A DNA stretch of 62,910 nt, filler included, from Globobulimina sp. (lineage: Eukaryota): the NCBI GenBank assembly GCA_003354225.1. It is 54 parts of 54 records of this genome, joined end to end, with 100 filler letters (N's around TTAATTAATTAA, not from the genome) between each part and the next. Parts side by side here need not be neighbours in the genome. Positions count along the whole stretch, not along the records: positions 23,354 to 24,420 come from PIVH01024400.1; positions 24,521 to 25,587 come from PIVH01024401.1; positions 25,688 to 26,754 come from PIVH01024402.1; positions 26,855 to 27,921 come from PIVH01024403.1; positions 28,022 to 29,088 come from PIVH01024404.1; positions 29,189 to 30,255 come from PIVH01024405.1; positions 30,356 to 31,422 come from PIVH01024406.1; positions 31,523 to 32,589 come from PIVH01024407.1; 46 more parts are not named here. One strand, written 5' to 3'. This document shows, in pieces, positions 23,356-35,352 of this stretch. The stretch's first letter is position 1. Every line of letters begins with the position of its first letter. The notes beneath the pieces were generated by a model. That model saw nothing but the letters and a program-made list of their open reading frames with translations. It ran no database searches and had not been told where the DNA came from. A program made the position numbers and the translations under genes.

Positions 23356-23787
23356 TTGAAACGGGAATGGGACATGGATATGAATGAATGTGCGAATAGA
23401 TTGCCTGGTCCTTTGACACCTGAATTGGGCAGTGTCGTTTCCTTGTTGTGTGACAAGGCTTATTACTATTGCGATAGAGTGTACGAAACTTTGATCGAAA
23501 CTGCTGTGATCGAAATCGACATCGATTCTAAGACCGATTTTCATCATTTTATGGTCGTTTGCGACAGAGTGCTGTTTTCCGGAGAAAAGATCGAGGCCGA
23601 ATTTGTACTGTGTTTGTTCTGTGTGGCCGGTCGTTTGGCTGTTCAAGTTCACGATGATCAAGAAGAGGTGTTGAAGGTTTGCGATTGGTTGGCCACCTTT
23701 CTCGAAGCCAAATTGTCCCATTTCATCGAAAATGTGTGCGGCGGAATGCAAGAATGCTTGGATATGGTGATGATTGATATGAAATAA
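23356..23787 (+). CDS. Bcl-2-like fold protein (divergent BH1/BH2), 5' truncated
   Basis: FMVVCDRVLFSG..VLCLFCVAGRLAV..VLKVCDWLATFLEAKLSHFIENVCGG aligns by eye with Bcl-xL helices 4-8. Confidence 0.55.
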   Translation: MKREWDMDMNECANRLPGPLTPELGSVVSLLCDKAYYYCDRVYETLIETAVIEIDIDSKTDFHHFMVVCDRVLFSGEKIEAEFVLCLFCVAGRLAVQVHDDQEEVLKVCDWLATFLEAKLSHFIENVCGGMQECLDMVMIDMK

Positions 23788-24520
23788 GGCGATTTTTTGA
23801 AAGAACGGCGATGACCTTGTGATGTTGATTGCATAATAACTTTATATAAAAAGTACCAGTATTCTCTTTTTATATCAGATGCAATACAAAACCTAAATGC
23901 TGCATATTAATGAATACAGATGAAATAATAGTGAAATAACATTAAAAAGCAAAATTTTAAGCCAGTTTCGAGACCAGCCGTCAAACTAACAAGGCCCCAT
24001 CGAGAGGGTTCGGTTTAAAATTGTTTTGCTGTTGACTTGTACTTATCGATGATTCAATGATGTAATAGCGAACGTTTAAAGAGTGAAGTGTCAAATTTTG
24101 ATTGATTGGAAACAGGCCCCATCGAGAGGGTTCTGTTTAATTGTTTTCCAGTCGACTATAGCACAACTGATCTGTGTGTAATAATTTGTTCTTGTAGATA
24201 TAGCAAAACGGTTGAAACTACTCACTATAAAACATTCACATATGCAATTTATATTCAATGGCAATGCATGTTTTTAAATATATTTCTTGGACTTGATGAA
24301 ACATTAAAACTTAAGCAAAAACCATAAATACCGTAACCCAGGCAGGCTGAGACGTTGCCCAGGCTTGTCGGGGCAAAGACTTTAAACGGATCGATAATTA
24401 GCTCATCCGCTGAATGAATCNNNNNNNNNNNNNNNNNNNNNNNNNNNNNNNNNNNNNNNNNNNNTTAATTAATTAANNNNNNNNNNNNNNNNNNNNNNNN
24501 NNNNNNNNNNNNNNNNNNNN

Positions 24521-25587
24521 TTATCCGTCATATAGTTTCGCAAAAAGTATTACACCAAAATCGCTGTTAATGATGAATTCAAAAAATGTAACAAAGAAAA
24601 TAACGGATATGATTGACAATGATGTGTATGATTTTCATATTGGCGATGATAATAAATTATGCACTGATTATTTTATGACAGTTGGACTTGCCTCAAATAT
24701 GACAGTGCAAGATTTCTCGCGAAAGAAATTAAATTTGGTCATTGTGTTAGACGTTAAGTAATGAGATGGATATAACTATTAATTAATTTTACATTTGTTA
24801 TATTGTTCTGTTTACAGATCAGTGGCTCAATGGGTTCATCCTTTGGTGGTTATAGCGGAGCATCGAAAATGAAGGTCGCAACGGAATGTGTATTGTCCTT
24901 ACTCACTCATTTAAAATATGACGATAGATTCGGTCTGGTATTATTTGATCACAATGCGAGGGTTTTTATAAATTTTAAACAAATGCGAGATCATAGAATC
25001 AGTGATATCGCAAAGATCGAACATATTCGGCAAGCGGGAGGCACAAATTTTGAAATTGGGTATAAAGAAGGAATGAAAATGTTCGATTCGATGAGTAAAT
25101 TTGATTGGAATGCTGAATATGAAAATAGATTGATATTTTTGACGGACGCACAGCCAAATATCGGTGCAACAGATCCAAACAGTTTGTTAAATTTGGTGAA
25201 AAGGGCAGCAATGAAGGCAGATACACAAAGGCGAGTTTATACCACCTTTGTTGGGGTTGGATTAGATTTTAATTCAGATTTAGTTTATGAGATTACTAAA
25301 GTCCGCGGCGCGAATTATTTTGCGGTACATAGTTCTAGTGATTTCTTTAAAAAATTAGATTTAGAGTTTGATTATTTTGTGTCGCCGATGGTTTTTGATT
25401 TAAAACTGATAATTTCTTCAGAAGGCGGTGGTATTTGTATTGATGAGGTGTATGGATCCAATAATATCGATTGTTCAAATGGAGAGTGTATGAGTATAAA
25501 TACATTATTTCCATCACCACCCAATGTCAGAGGTGATATTAAAGGAGGAATTGTACTCATTAAATTAAAGAGGAATACAAAAACAAA
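24521..25587 (+). CDS. VWA-domain protein (intron 24753-24817 splits the MIDAS motif)
   Basis: RKKLNLVIVLD|ISGSM, GGTNF, IFLTDAQPN and TTFVGVGLDFN. Confidence 0.9.
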
Positions 25588-25687
25588 NNNNNNNNNNNNN
25601 NNNNNNNNNNNNNNNNNNNNNNNNNNNNNNNTTAATTAATTAANNNNNNNNNNNNNNNNNNNNNNNNNNNNNNNNNNNNNNNNNNNN

Positions 25688-26712
25688 TTCCCACACAAAA
25701 GCCGACAAAAAACCCCACTACATCTCCAACCACACCCTCTCCGACCACTGCTCCAACCACAGGCACACCGACCAAAAATCCCTCAAAACGGCCAACACAA
25801 AGTCCGAATAACGATCCATCGGTATCTCCAACCCGCGCTCCAACAAAAAATCCTACAATACCTCCAACAAAAAATCCATCCACATCACCAACCTTAGATC
25901 CATCGCAAAATCCATCCATATCTCCGTCGGAATCGCCATCACGAAATCCATCATTATCTCCCACGAAAAACCCAACAGCAAACCCATCATTTCAGCCATC
26001 AACAAATCCCTCATTTAAACCATCATCAACACCAACATTGGTACCGTCGCATAGACCAAATAATAATCCAACCTCAGCTCCATCACAGAGACCAAATAAT
26101 AATCCAAGTACGAGTCCAACAACAGACGATCCAGAGACCACAGACGAGCCAGAAACCACTAATAACAGCAAAAAAGAGGTGGATTTTGAGAGTTATTATA
26201 TAATAATTATCGTAGCAACAACGCTTTTTGTATGTGCTATTGGTTGTTGCTGTGTATTTGCATTGTGCTTTATGAAGAAAAATAGGCAGTTAAAAAACTC
26301 ACGAAAAGAGTTAACGTCATTGAAACATGTACAGACTAGTTTTAGCCCTTCGAGTTTGGTACAGATTAATATGAATAAAAACACCATTGGCAGCCATTCG
26401 CCTATGGCACGGCATCATGTTCAAGTCGTCAAAGTGCACTCTATTACGCCACCGCCATTTGTGAGTAATGGCCATGGCCATGGACATAATCATAATCTGC
26501 AGAGTCTGCAACAATTGATGATGGATTCGAAGCAAGAGAGTGAGATTCAATTGGAAGGGATTACGAAAGTACATGATAATGAGAAGACGAATACATTTGT
26601 GAGTGATTATGATGAGGATGATGAGGATATTTATGATACAGACTTTGTGGGCGCCAGTTCAAAGAGGACTGCTGGGAACACGACAGGGGGGAATACTGCC
26701 GGTGATGTATGA
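25688..26712 (+). CDS. Type I membrane protein with PT/PS tetrapeptide repeats, 3' part
   Basis: PTxx/PSxx repeats, TM YYIIIIVATTLFVCAIGCCCVFALCF, cytoplasmic tail and stop. Confidence 0.8.
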
Positions 26713-26881
26713 AGAAGTGAATAGTATATAAAATTATAAATATATGTATGTTTTNNNNNNNNNNNNNNNNNNNNNNNNNNNNNNNNNNNNNNNNNNNNTT
26801 AATTAATTAANNNNNNNNNNNNNNNNNNNNNNNNNNNNNNNNNNNNNNNNNNNNTAGGTAGTCAGTTTGGTAGTTAGCAAT

Positions 26882-26930
26882 CGGCGCGGCGCCAAAAGGA
26901 GCGGCGCGGGGCGGCGCGGCGCGGCGCCGA
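26882..26930. repeat. GC-rich (GGCGC)n cluster
   Basis: Multiple GGCGC units in an otherwise AT-rich contig. Confidence 0.7.
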
Positions 26931-27239
26931 GTGAGATTTTAAACAGCGCCCAGTTATTACAGTGTGCCGTATAAGATAGAAATGAAAGATTTTATTAAAA
27001 AAATTCAACGAAATTTATTTATTTCAAAATTAACATTTGATACAAGTATAGGACCGGGAATCACGGATAATATACATTGGTTTAACAATAATAGTACTAA
27101 TTCATAAAAATGAAGGAGTATTATTATGCAAGAATCAAAAAAAACAAAAGAAAAAACGTAAATACTTGACATATATGTATTCTAGACTAAGCTAGTGACA
27201 ATATTTAGTGATTAAGAAAATCTACCGCAAGGTGTTCAG

Positions 27240-27869
27240 CTAAATGTCTTTCATGGGTGGGTGAGAGTTTTTCCTTCATTTCCACGTCTGCATCCAAAAG
27301 ATTAGGGAAGAAATATGGATACCTCTTCGTCATGCAGCTATATCGGGCGTGCGTCAGTCTATACTGCAGATTTCCGGGGGCTGACCATTTATTCTGAGCA
27401 GGTATCCAGAATCGCTCAAAATGAGTGATAGCTATATCATCAGGCGCTGTTGCAACTTCTGGAATGTGTGACTGAAAACAATGAAATTTTACTATTTATT
27501 AGGTATAACAGTACCAAAATTCAGCGAAATTCGTTCACGGAAACCAAATCGCCGAAAACTATGGCACAAACATACAGTACTTACCAGACAACTCCAGCAT
27601 AATCTTGCTTTACTGATTTTGAAAAACTCTTTCGTGAAAACTAATTTAAACTTGTTCGGATTGTGCCAAGGTTCGGAGCATCTCATTTCATCTCTTTCTA
27701 TGAGTAAAGCTGAACGTTGAGCAGCCGTTGGTTTATCTTTAGAACCATTGCACAATTTAGGGGGCATTGCAGTTGACTGAGCTTGTGCAGCTGCAGTCAT
27801 TTGTACAGGCAATCCAGGTACCGTTCGTACTACTGTTGTTGAGTGAGTTTGCCTACTCGGACCACCGCC
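27240..27869 (-). CDS. Spliced Cys/His protein C-terminus, possibly a transposon accessory protein
   Basis: Exons ..ARLCWSC.. and SHIPEVATAPDDIAITHFERFW..RLTHARYSCMTKRYPYF..*, separated by a short intron ending TTTTCAG. Confidence 0.35.
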
Positions 27870-29188
27870 TAAAATGGTATAGATAGTATACAGTACCGTA
27901 TAGTACATACAGCACAGTATANNNNNNNNNNNNNNNNNNNNNNNNNNNNNNNNNNNNNNNNNNNNTTAATTAATTAANNNNNNNNNNNNNNNNNNNNNNN
28001 NNNNNNNNNNNNNNNNNNNNNCTTTAATTTAAAGATATATTTTGTTCAGTTGCCATTCTAATGGAAATATTTTTCAACAAAATAAACTTGCACGAACGGT
28101 CTATTCTGAAAAGACAGATATTTGTTTATCAGCAAACAGTACAAGGAGTTGTGTTTCATATGAAAATTTTTGGTTTCATATGAAAAAGCTAACTTTGAGG
28201 CCATCAAATCTGAGACGCAAACACATTTTAATCGTAGCAATGCACCAAATACAACACACTCCACACATTTCAAAGCTGACCAGCCAATTACAACCAAAAC
28301 TATCAACATAATGAATTGTATATTAGAGGCTGTGGATTCATTTATTATTGTCCAATCACATTTTATTATTATGTATTTTTGTTTGTGTTTCTGTTGTATA
28401 TGTTTGTATACTCTGTAATTTTATATAAAAAAAACATATACATTTTTTCATAAAATACGGGCATGCAGTTGCTGGGAAAACTGTCGCTGCGTCATAGGAA
28501 TGAAATATTTCTAAGGGTTTAGGCGATAGCCCTATAGCTATTCGTTCCAGACAAAAAAATCATATATTAAATACTTTGCAGGTAGTAATGAAGTAGCTCC
28601 GTACAACTAGTAACGATATGCCTGGAGAAAGCAGATGGACCACCAGTATCATACTATTTTTATTTTGGGTTCAAATCCCAATCATCACATTTTATTTTAT
28701 TTTTTAGACAGTGAAAACCCTAAGGTTTTACACAATCGTGTGTGTTTTTTCGTTTCTCTTTTACCAGCTCTAGAGGTGGTAAAAGTGTTTTTCGTTTCTC
28801 GTTTCTGGTTCTAGACGATGTAAAGAGGTACTTTTTTGATCGGTTATCTCTAAATTACTGAGTTTTTTTTGGTAAATAATCATGAACAAAATGTACACAA
28901 AAAGGTATAATTAGGTGAACCATTAGAATTTTGTAGGATGGTCGTGTGCAAAGGGTTAATATCGGTATATCCGATATTTTCAGTCTTCATTATAAAATGA
29001 GTGTCATACATTATCATCAATGTTAAAATTAAGCAGTTTTTAAATGACGGGATTCCTTCCAAAATTGGCTGCTTTGTTTCTCGATTTTNNNNNNNNNNNN
29101 NNNNNNNNNNNNNNNNNNNNNNNNNNNNNNNNTTAATTAATTAANNNNNNNNNNNNNNNNNNNNNNNNNNNNNNNNNNNNNNNNNNNN

Positions 29189-29440
29189 AATTTCAACGTT
29201 TTTACTGGTTTCTGGTCGACTTTTCCAATGTTCTGCCAAAAATAGTGTTGTTTTTATCGAAATATCGGCCTAAACAACACATTTCAACGCACAAATCGCG
29301 CGTTACCGCGCGATTTGTGCCACACCGCGTAGCGGTGTGCGTTGAAACGTGTTGTTTAGGCCGATATTTCGATAAAAACAACACTATTTTTGGCAGAACA
29401 TTGGAAAAGTCGACCAGAAACCAGTAAAAACGTTGAAATT
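29189..29440. repeat. Long palindrome (100-bp arms, 1 mismatch) with two internal perfect hairpins forming a T/Y shape
   Basis: Arms 29189-29288 and 29341-29440. Ear 1 29289-29320 (14-bp stem, TTAC loop). Ear 2 29321-29339 (8-bp stem, GTA loop). Confidence 0.95.
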
Positions 29441-29499
29441 TCATGAAAAATCTGGTAATTGAGCCTATAAATAAGAAAGTACCTCCATTTTATTGGGAA

Positions 29500-30060
29500 A
29501 ATATCACTATCTGAGGCGAAAACTGGTATATTTTAGTTAAATTCGTAAAACTTAACATAAAAATAGGTAAATGACCAGTATTTTTGTTGATTTTCACCCT
29601 AATCACAGCATATTTTCAAGTAATTTAATCGCAAAATGCTATAAAACTGATCAATTCTGCTGGAAGTCTCATAATTTTTTCCTAAAATTCAATAGTTATC
29701 CATGTTTTGATGAAGAATATCGTTAATTTACGTAAAGAAATGGTCAGATTCTCAATTAATTTCTTACATTTAACATAAAAACATGAGAAAGACAACATTT
29801 TTATTGAATTTCATGCAAATTTCACCAATTTTGCAAGAAATCTGACCATAAAATGCTATAAAATTGATCAATGCTGCCGAGAAAAGCGTTTATTTTAACC
29901 TAAAAATCAATAATTACCCATATTGTATTGAAAAATATCATTAATGAGTACTAAAAATGTTAGATTATCAATAAATTTCAGAGATTTCACCTTTAAAAAG
30001 TGTAGGTTACATCGTTTTATGACTAAATTTAGTCATGAAAAACGTATTTATGGTGACTTT
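29500..30060 (+). repeat. Degenerate ~217-bp tandem repeat, about 2.5 copies
   Basis: AAAATGCTATAAAA(C/T)TGATCAAT at ~29633 and ~29850. TTAACATAAAAA at ~29552 and ~29770. CCTAAAA(T/A)TCAATA at ~29681 and ~29899. Confidence 0.75.
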
Positions 30061-30773
30061 ATGCCAGAACTGCTGTCCAGTCTGATTATTAACTAGTTAA
30101 TGAGTGGTTGTCCAGTGGAAATATCTCGTGTTATACATAAAAATAAGAAGATATTGTAATCATGATTTCATTGGTGAAAAATTTCACTAAAGAATATGAT
30201 GATACGGAGGACTTTATGTATCAGGACATTATTCCTAATACAGTTTTTCCTATTANNNNNNNNNNNNNNNNNNNNNNNNNNNNNNNNNNNNNNNNNNNNT
30301 TAATTAATTAANNNNNNNNNNNNNNNNNNNNNNNNNNNNNNNNNNNNNNNNNNNNATGATGCAACACATTTGATAAAATGGTGTATTTATTGCGTGGTGA
30401 ATAATATCAGTGCTTCTGTACATTTACCTTCGTATTCAATTAAATTAAAAATGACAGACGAAATGAATGGAAATTCAGTTTTATTGGCAGCATTGACTTG
30501 TGCTTGTATCATATTGTTAGCTGCCGTGTTGTTGCTTGCTTGCAAAAAGAAACAGAAAAAAATCCATACTTCTTAAATGTACTATAGCTATTTTTAATTT
30601 TAATACACATTTTAATTATATTTTTAACTTGAAAAATAAAACCCAAACTCCAGCCAAACGTTAATAATGCTGTCCATTCGAATTCTCATTTGGTGCCTTT
30701 TACGTATGCCAATATATCTCGTACATTGAGCATAAAAAACAGGCAAAACACACGTACACTAAAATATAATTAG

Positions 30774-31385
30774 AGTGGTACTGCAAAGCATGTATAGTGA
30801 ATGGAAAGAATCAATGTGATGCCGTTTTCCTCAATTGTCCTCTGAGAGAGAATTGTTTTGTATCATGTACACAAACTCAATCATGCGCCAACAAAACCAT
30901 TCTGTGCCCCATAACCGGCGACTGTTCCATTCAATGTCTTGGTTCCGAGTCATGCAAAAACAGTGTAATTAGCGCAACATTGCTCTCTGGCAATTTAAAT
31001 ATAAATTGTAAAGGCAATGCGTCGCAATGTTCAGGAATCACAATATATGGCAACACATTGCCAACAAATGACGGCGCCTTCACTATGAGCTGCAGTGGCA
31101 ATTATGCCTCGTGCATCAACTCAGACATTCATTGTCCGATCAATGGCGATTGCACGCTCTCATGTGATGGGGACACAGCTTGCCAACGTTCCACGATTAC
31201 AAGCCCTAAGAACCATGCTTTAACCATCAATTGCAATGCTGTCAAATCGTGTATTGGTGCTATATTTGATGGCGTGCAAGCATCTAAATTGAATATCACA
31301 GGTTGTCGGCAACATAAATCATGTTTAGGTTTATCAGTATATTGCCCGCCACGCTCAGACGGCCACAAACAGTGTTATATCGAAG
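30774..31385 (+). CDS. Extracellular Cys-rich repeat protein, internal exon
   Basis: ~26-aa repeats of the form C..SC....I.CP....C.I.C. A likely splice donor follows near 31386. Confidence 0.75.
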
Positions 31386-31522
31386 GTATATACATCGGTT
31401 TGGTTTAATTCATCGCATTAAGNNNNNNNNNNNNNNNNNNNNNNNNNNNNNNNNNNNNNNNNNNNNTTAATTAATTAANNNNNNNNNNNNNNNNNNNNNN
31501 NNNNNNNNNNNNNNNNNNNNNN

Positions 31523-32589
31523 TATGTTTCATTGTATTTATGGTATTCCACCATTCATACTATGCCTATAAATTTACAGATTATAGTTTATCACATATCC
31601 ATTCGACAGTAGACGAGAAGCAAAAGAAAAAATACGAACAACAAATCAAAAATGTTTCTAAAAAACACAAAACAAAGCAACAAGAAAACAACGTAAACAC
31701 AAACACATCCAAAGTCAAAGCAAAACTGAAAAAAAAATCCACGTTTACTACCAAAGCAAGCACAAAAACAGAAAGCAAACGTTCCTCAAATAACACCGTT
31801 TGCTGTTGCATTCATTGTGCACCGCGTTATTTAACCTGGCATAGAACAGCAATCATTCGCTTGTTTTTCCGCATATACACGTCCATCTCGTGTCTCTTAG
31901 CAATGGTATTAGTCATTGAATTTTTTATGAACTTATTTGTCGAATTTTTTATTACTTGCATCGTTCATTACGAACAGGGTTATGTTGTATCATTATTATT
32001 ATTGCCATTCATGATATACGTCATAGAGACACTTATCCGTTACATGTGGCATTCGGTATATGTGTCCTGGCAAATTAATTGCGACGCAAACGGTGATTTT
32101 GAGTCGATTGAATCTGATGGCACTCATCATTTTAATTTACAAGGCGATCGATTCTTATTCTCGTATAAAATGGACAGCGGTGATATCGAAGACGAATATT
32201 TATATTCTGGTTCATCTTCATCACAATCTGAATCGTCAGAATCTGAATGCTTCTCGGATCCAATTAACATTTCTTTCAAAAGCATTCCCAGTTCAAGTCC
32301 CAGAAACAGTGTTCCTCAGTCCCCTCAAACAGGTTAACGTTTGCTTTAATTTGTATACACTGAGTGGTTCATTTCTTATTTGCCAACTAAATTTGTACAT
32401 TTTTAGAACTTTCTGTAACAAAACAGATTTGGCAATAATTGAGGAAGAAAAGGATCTTTTTGTTGCTGGTAATAAGAAAAAAAAGCGCAGTGCATCAGAT
32501 GTGGATGAATTGCGAGAGGCTATGAGTAAAAATGATAAAATTGATAGTGATGAAAAAAAACAGGTACGTAAAAACAAAAAAAGATCCAT
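31523..32589 (+). CDS. Hypothetical membrane protein, spliced, partial
   Basis: Long ORF with 2-3 TM helices, a probable intron at ~32333-32428, then a charged exon. Confidence 0.5.
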
Positions 32590-33104
32590 NNNNNNNNNNN
32601 NNNNNNNNNNNNNNNNNNNNNNNNNNNNNNNNNTTAATTAATTAANNNNNNNNNNNNNNNNNNNNNNNNNNNNNNNNNNNNNNNNNNNNGGACAAGACCA
32701 ACGATAGCAGACAACAACAATTGATCAGCAGCAGATATGTAAGATATTTGCATACAAAGGTCCAGCCAGTTGCGAAGGTCATCACAAGACTTATTATGAT
32801 CTGTTATTCACTCTTATTATATTCACTTTTATGTACTTGTTATGCTCTCGACTTGTACGATATTATATTTGTTATAAAACTTCATTGTCTATACTTTGTA
32901 TTTACATTATATCTTAGGTACACCGATTGTAGGGACTTGTTCATCCAGCGAGCACTTCGAATTGAGTATATTGTAACCTTTTTATTATATTGTTATTTAT
33001 TCCATTTTCCAAAGCCTCGCTTCGCTTATTACCAATTCAACCGTTCCCTACAACAATGCTTACTATTTATGCTTAATAAAATGTGCTTTTTATCATATTG
33101 TCTC

Positions 33105-33432
33105 TCACTTTTGGTTCAAATTAATTGTTGCCGAAAAACGGTCAAAAACTGGCCAAATTTCGAAATTTTCACAAACGGCTATCATTTTCTGTTTCATCTC
33201 TACTAGACGAATCAGTTTCACGCATTCACTTTTGGTTCAAACGATTTGTTGCCGAAAAACGGCCAAAAACTGGCCAAATTTTCACAAATGACTATTATTT
33301 TCCGCTTCATCTCTACCAGACGATTCCGTTTCACCTACTTGCAATCACTTTTAGTTCAAATGAAATGTTCAAACGAAAAACGGCCGAAAACTGGCGAAAT
33401 TTTCAAAATTTCCAAAAGTGACTATTATTTTT
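33105..33432 (+). repeat. Degenerate ~120-bp tandem repeat, 3 copies
   Basis: TCACTTTT(G/A)GTTCAAA..CGAAAAACGG..AAAACTGG starts at 33105, 33226 and 33345. Confidence 0.88.
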
Positions 33433-33856
33433 AGCGAGGCAATGTAGTTTCAAAACCAGAAGCAATGACACAAAGGTAGGAAGCAAGCAAATGGCCAGAC
33501 AGTCTACTGGCTGGATCTATATCTATTTCAAACTTTCTGTATATTATTTATAGTGTAAAACCTCACACATCTGAAAATGTGCCATTTTGGAGCAAGTGTT
33601 CCTCAGTCAATCTATCACCAATTTTCATGAATCTAATAGGAAAAGATGCGACAAAAGCGGTTCTAGATTATAGCATATTTTGTTTTTGGTGTAAAAGATT
33701 CTGATAAATAAATCATATTGTGTACTGTACACGAGGGGGAAGAATGAAAATAATCANNNNNNNNNNNNNNNNNNNNNNNNNNNNNNNNNNNNNNNNNNNN
33801 TTAATTAATTAANNNNNNNNNNNNNNNNNNNNNNNNNNNNNNNNNNNNNNNNNNNN

Positions 33857-34494
33857 CGTCTTTTAATTTTTTTATCATTCATGTTGGGTTTCTTTATGAT
33901 ATGAAAACCTTTTTTTTCTCGCAATTGCATACATTCACCATCACAATCACAAATAGAATCCTTTTCAATGAATATCCACTTTTTAGTCACAATATCATCA
34001 TTGTATTCTTTATATGATATCAACAGAGCCTCCAATTTATTATATTTGGTGATTTGCTGTGTTTGTTGAGCTGTGAAATATGGATAAGATAAATACGAAG
34101 TATTTGGATGTTTATGCATTTCAACTGTTGCCAAGAACCAATATCCATCTTCATCCATATAATCGATTGGTTCATTGACTGTAAATTGTAAAGAAAATGG
34201 ATAATGATATTCTTTTATAATTTCTTCAATTTGTAATGGTATTAAAATATCATTAGATATTACACTCCGTACATATCCGGATAGCAGTAATGTTCTGTCG
34301 TATTTATCAAAATCAGTTTCTGTCGTATTTATTGATTGAGTCATTTTAGGGTGTTTTGATATTAATGATTTGGATTCTGACGGCGATGCAATATCTGAAT
34401 TATTTTCTGTTTCAGATTTTTTCAATGATTTGTGTTTGGACGGCAATCTTACATCATTGTCATTGACAGCTTTGCAAGAAATGCATGAACCCAT
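33857..34494 (-). CDS. Putative N-acylated protein (MGSCISC) with an LLxSGYVR box and a degenerate Tudor-like domain
   Basis: Gly2/Cys myristoyl-palmitoyl motif, LLLSGYVR..IP..IEEII and IDYMDEDGYWFLATV. Confidence 0.6.
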
Positions 34495-35025
34495 GGTTTG
34501 AATAAGTTGTTTTTCTTTTTAAATGTCAACTAATCAACTACCATCAACAACATTTCTTCAACAAAAAGATCAAACACATAATCAAAATCAATTGGCACAA
34601 CAGCGAGAAACTACCATCTCAATCAACAATAACAAAGATCCACAATATCAGTATGTCGAAGTCGGCTATCACGTCTATCTTTTGGTTGACGATGCAGAAT
34701 CGAAGCATTACGTTCCAACATATAGATTAAAAGGAAAAACAAAATCAAATGCATCTATCGTGCCACCTTTGCTAGACCTACGAAATCTATCCTTAAAAGA
34801 ATTAGAAGCATTCCATCTATCAATATTTAGTCGTGCGGAAGTCAGAAAACGTTGGACCAGGACATACAGCGACGCAAGAAAAGCAGAAGAGGCCAACAGA
34901 GGAACAATATGGAAATCAGCATCNNNNNNNNNNNNNNNNNNNNNNNNNNNNNNNNNNNNNNNNNNNNTTAATTAATTAANNNNNNNNNNNNNNNNNNNNN
35001 NNNNNNNNNNNNNNNNNNNNNNNTC

Positions 35026-35352
35026 CGCGTTGAGGTCGCCGGGCATCCACTGATTACCGACATCCAAAAGCAACAAGGAACATCGGCTTATTTAAGAGAG
35101 CTTGCCCGCCTTCTTCGCCCGGCTGTTCTTTTGCCAGCCGCACAAAAAATGCTAAACAACCTTTCAGTTGACAAAGAATTTTATAAGTATCCGGGAGAAA
35201 TTATTGACGGAAAAGGCTATGGCATAATGGAGGCATCACGGGGAGCACTAGGCCATTGGGTTAAAGTAGCCAAAGGCAAAATAACCCACTACCAGATTAT
35301 AACCCCTACGGCTTGGAATGCTTCTCCAAAAGACAGTAATGGGTTGCGGGGA
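35026..35352 (+). CDS. Bacterial NiFe-hydrogenase large subunit fragment (group 2, HupV/HoxC-like)
   Basis: AGHPLITD..RELARL..EASRGALGHWVKV..ITHYQIITPTAWNASPKDSNGLRG. It ends abruptly before the C-terminal DPCxxC. Confidence 0.85.

Noticed and set aside
29202-29444. Mirror-image ORFs on both strands
   Set aside because: They are a by-product of the palindrome and have no coding features.
33105-33434. Similar short ORFs (MLPKNGQKLAKF)
   Set aside because: They are translations of a non-coding ~120-bp tandem repeat.
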